From contig JBDROZ010000070.1 in NCBI GenBank assembly GCA_043809585.1, positions 79,122-143,121 of the forward strand: a DNA stretch of 64,000 bases. The letters run 5' to 3'. Positions 60,771-64,000 of the stretch are shown piece after piece (the stretch's first letter is position 1; each line of letters begins with the position of its first letter). This DNA comes from Candidatus Eiseniibacteriota bacterium. GTDB taxonomy: Bacteria; Orphanbacterota; Orphanbacteria; Orphanbacterales; Orphanbacteraceae. The notes beneath the pieces were generated by a model. The model was given only the letters and a program-made list of their open reading frames with translations. It did no database searches and was not told where the DNA came from. A program made the position numbers and the translations under genes.

Positions 60771-63700
60771 CTACTTGAGAAGGACCATCTTCTTCGTCAG
60801 CGTCTTCTCGCCCGCCTCGAGGCGGTAGAAGTAAACGCCGCTCGAAACCGGGCGACCCTCGTCGTCCCGGCCCATCCAGACGACCTGGTGGCTCCCCGCG
60901 TCCATCGAGCCGGAGGCGAGGGTGGTCACGCGGCGGCCGGAGATCTCGTAAACCGAGAGTCTGACGTCGGTCCGGACCGGCAGGTCGAAGTGGATCGTGG
61001 TGGTCGGGTTGAACGGGTTCGGCACGTTCCCCTTGAGCGCGAGGACCTTGGGGGCACCGCTCTCGGCGTCGGCGACGTCCGTGGACACCACGATGTTGTG
61101 GGTGAGACGGACGCACCAGGCGTTCAGCACGCCTACGTCGATGCTCGCGTTGTCGCTGACGAAGAGGGTCCAGCTGCCGTCACAGGGGTCTCCGATGAAG
61201 TCGGCCAGATCGCCGGCCGGCGTCAGAGTTCCCGGATACCATCCATAGATGTTGTCCGCCGACGAGCCGCTCCGGTTGTGGAGGACGACGGTCGTCCCGC
61301 CCGGCGAGGTGAGCCGGACGATCAGGTCGCCGATGTAAGTGTGGGTGATGTTCACGAACACCTCGACGCCGCTCACGGTGGCGCCGCCCGTGTTCACCGT
61401 CATCACATCGGAGACGCCGGCCGGGTTGTTGTCCGGAATGGCCAGGTTCGGTTGGCGGCACGTCTCGGTGAGCCCGACGGGCGTCAGTTGCAGATCGATT
61501 CCGGTGGCATTCTCGCCGTCGGACAGGGTCACGTCGGTTGCGACCGTCGCCCAGCCGTCCTTGGAGGCGACGATCTGGTACGGGCCGGCGAAGAGGCCGG
61601 TGAAGGAGTACTCGCCGGACGGGCCCGTGATGACCGAGCCTCCGCCGGGGATCGCCCGCACCAGGATGCCCGAATGGTCGCTCTGGTCCTGGAGCGTCGC
61701 GTCGCCCGAAATCGAGCAGTTGCCGTATTCGGGGGTCAGGAGCCACTCGACGGCGTTCTCGAGAAGCGGGAGCTGCTCGGCGCAGTCCATGGCCGCGTAG
61801 TTCCACGCGAAGAAGACGATTTGTCCCCCCTGGGGCGCCGGATTCGGATCGTACACGATGATGCTCGCGTCGGTCGGATAGGTGGTCCACGAACCGATGC
61901 GGACGCCGTCGCCCGTTGCCACCATCGCGTCCTGGTCGCCGTAGCCGGCGTAGGTCATGGTGAGGGGCCCGAGGATCGTGTTCGGAACGCTCATGACGTA
62001 GTGGGACCCGTCGGCGACCGTGACGTTGCCGCTCTGGTCGTGGTTCCAGTCGGTCGAGTGGAGCACGTTGGCCGCAAAGGTCGGGTAGCCCGGGTAGGAC
62101 GCCGCGTCGTAGCCGACCTCGCCCCCCTCGACGAGGAGATGGCCGCCGGCCGCCACGAAGGCTTCCACGTTCGCCCGGAAGGTCGCGTCCGCGACCGGCG
62201 CCGTGTTGTCCCCCGAAGCGATGATCAGGAGGTCGTAGTTCATCCACGTGAGCGGGTCCGTGGTTCCGACCGTCTCGGTGGTCGTCTCGTAACCGACGTC
62301 CTGGAGGTCCGAGGCGAGTTCCGCCGCCGACTTGCCGTCCGCCGGCGCGTACCCCGGCTCGATCACCATGCCGGTCTTCGGGTCGAGCTTCGCCGCGTTG
62401 TAGGCGAACTTGGCTCCGTCGTCGATGATGAGCAGATCGCCCGACGTCGGCTCGAGCATGAAGTGCTTCTCCACCACCGGCTGGTCGATGGTGATGTCGA
62501 TGGTGACCGATTTGTGGTGCCACGACTTGATGTTCACCTGGTAGTCGAAATAGGGAAGCGAGGAAGTCGTGTAGGAGCCGTCGGTCGAGTCGGTCATGGT
62601 TTGGGCGTAGAGGGCCATCGTGTCGCTCCGGTAGACCTTGACGGTCGCGTAGAGCGGCGCGCCGAGCGTGTCCGTGACCGTCCCGGTCAGGACGCCGGCC
62701 GGAGCGGGCACGAGAAAGATGTCGTGGACATTCGCGCCGTAATTGACGAAGAACGGCGTCTCGTACGGCAGGTAGCCGAAGAAGTCGACGCGGATCGTGT
62801 AGTCCGCGACGAGGATGTCGTCGCCCACGTCGTAATCGCCCGAGGCGTTCGTCGTGGCCTGGAACACGAGGTTCTCGTCCGTGTTGTAGCCCCGAACCAC
62901 GGCGCCCACGGCGGGCGAACCGTTCGCGTCGACGTGGCCCGTCAGGGTTCCGTACGCCTCGATGATCGGGAAGTCCTCGCCGTAGAGGTCGTACCCCGAT
63001 GCGGCGATGATGCCCGTGATGACGCCCAGTTCATCGGGCGTGATCGACATGCTCGGCAGGATGGTCGACTGCTCGGTGCCGTCCGGAAGAATCGCCCAGA
63101 GCACGGCCGAGGGCTCGCCGGAAGTCATATTCAGCATGCCCGGCAGGTTCAGGGCGAAGGTGTCCGCAAGGCCCACGCCGGTCGTCACCCAGAGATCCGG
63201 CGTCGGCAGCGCCGCGGCGTTCACCGTGATCGATTCCCGGAAGAGGTTCCAGGTCTCGGCGGGGTCTTTCCCGACGATGTCCAGGGTCGGCCCGTACGGG
63301 TAGTCGACGGTCAGCGTACAGATCCCGGCGGCGTTGGTCAGTTTCGGCATCGTGGTGTAGCCGAGCCCGTCCGCCCAGACCGCGATCCCCGGCTTCGGCG
63401 TGACGCCGTCCGCCTCGAGGACCGTCACCTCCACGTCGGTTTTCACGTTCGCGTCGATCACCGTCGGGTTGATGATGATCGTGGCGGGCACGATCACGGG
63501 GAGATCGACGATGTAGGGCTCCTTGTCCTGGGCCATGACGACGAGCTTCGCCGTCCCCGGATTCAAGAGGTCCAGGACCGTCAGGTCGAGGGAACCCGTT
63601 CCGTCCACCGTGCCGGCGCCGTAGAGGACGCCGTTCTGGGAGAGGCCGACGTAGCTGTTCGGCACGGCCTCGATGGTGAACGAGGGGGTCGTGGTGAAGA

Positions 63701-64000
63701 GCGTCGCCTGATGCACGACCGGGTTCGCTTCCGGAACGCCGAGGAACGTGCTGATCGACGGGTCGCCCATCAAGTTGTAGATGTTCCAGTAGTAGGTGAT
63801 GAGGCTCGAACCCGCCTCCATCACGGCCAGATTGCCGCAGAAGACGATGGCGTCGTTCGTGATGTACCAGTTCTCCATCGGCTCGCCGTACTCGTGGAAG
63901 AGCCCGTCGTAGACACCCATCCCCGTCGACTCGACGGGCCACGCCGTGCCGTCGATCTGCGACGCCGGGTGGTAACCGACGCCCCACCAGTAGTCTTCGT
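60771..64000 (-). CDS. Secreted C25 (gingipain-like) peptidase, 5'-truncated by the window edge; carboxypeptidase-regulatory-like domains, P-domain, FlgD-Ig/T9SS-like tail
   Basis: Frame open to 64000 (EDYWWGVGY..YDGLFH..YYWNIYNLMGDP); ITHTYIGDL..LTSPGG..GSWTL P-domain; VPNPFNPTT..KMVLLK. Confidence 0.8.
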   Translation of the reverse strand, partial: EDYWWGVGYHPASQIDGTAWPVESTGMGVYDGLFHEYGEPMENWYITNDAIVFCGNLAVMEAGSSLITYYWNIYNLMGDPSISTFLGVPEANPVVHQATLFTTTPSFTIEAVPNSYVGLSQNGVLYGAGTVDGTGSLDLTVLDLLNPGTAKLVVMAQDKEPYIVDLPVIVPATIIINPTVIDANVKTDVEVTVLEADGVTPKPGIAVWADGLGYTTMPKLTNAAGICTLTVDYPYGPTLDIVGKDPAETWNLFRESITVNAAALPTPDLWVTTGVGLADTFALNLPGMLNMTSGEPSAVLWAILPDGTEQSTILPSMSITPDELGVITGIIAASGYDLYGEDFPIIEAYGTLTGHVDANGSPAVGAVVRGYNTDENLVFQATTNASGDYDVGDDILVADYTIRVDFFGYLPYETPFFVNYGANVHDIFLVPAPAGVLTGTVTDTLGAPLYATVKVYRSDTMALYAQTMTDSTDGSYTTSSLPYFDYQVNIKSWHHKSVTIDITIDQPVVEKHFMLEPTSGDLLIIDDGAKFAYNAAKLDPKTGMVIEPGYAPADGKSAAELASDLQDVGYETTTETVGTTDPLTWMNYDLLIIASGDNTAPVADATFRANVEAFVAAGGHLLVEGGEVGYDAASYPGYPTFAANVLHSTDWNHDQSGNVTVADGSHYVMSVPNTILGPLTMTYAGYGDQDAMVATGDGVRIGSWTTYPTDASIIVYDPNPAPQGGQIVFFAWNYAAMDCAEQLPLLENAVEWLLTPEYGNCSISGDATLQDQSDHSGILVRAIPGGGSVITGPSGEYSFTGLFAGPYQIVASKDGWATVATDVTLSDGENATGIDLQLTPVGLTETCRQPNLAIPDNNPAGVSDVMTVNTGGATVSGVEVFVNITHTYIGDLIVRLTSPGGTTVVLHNRSGSSADNIYGWYPGTLTPAGDLADFIGDPCDGSWTLFVSDNASIDVGVLNAWCVRLTHNIVVSTDVADAESGAPKVLALKGNVPNPFNPTTTIHFDLPVRTDVRLSVYEISGRRVTTLASGSMDAGSHQVVWMGRDDEGRPVSSGVYFYRLEAGEKTLTKKMVLLK

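Overview
GC-rich bacterial chromosome segment, most consistent with a non-Bacteroidota member of the FCB superphylum (Eisenbacteria/Krumholzibacteria/Latescibacteria-like). This is an inference from four secreted proteins ending in a 'PNPFNP...G(I/V)Y...K(M/L)VL' FlgD-Ig/T9SS-like tail and a Bacteroidota-style L33. Housekeeping genes: mnmG-rsmG, hpf, leuS, HIT, rpmG and a Tat-exported SOD. Other contents: a tyrosine/homogentisate catabolic operon (hppD-hmgA-unknown-fahA-acetoacetate CoA ligase) with no maiA; an ArsR-ArsP-thioredoxin-CcdA operon with a near-consensus promoter and operator; a Cyc2-like monoheme-cytochrome/porin + YceI + cytochrome-c lipoprotein operon; a four-gene L,D-transpeptidase operon; a SigX/CfrX/CmpX-like ECF-mechanosensitive-channel module with twin promoter motifs; an HDOD + PP2C pair; transporters; and secreted peptidases (C25, M14, M20). 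Two genes are split by single-base insertions in homopolymers. A ~177-bp MITE and REP-like repeats lie in intergenic DNA. I saw no rRNA, tRNA, CRISPR array or transposase. All family assignments come from motif recognition by eye, not database searches.
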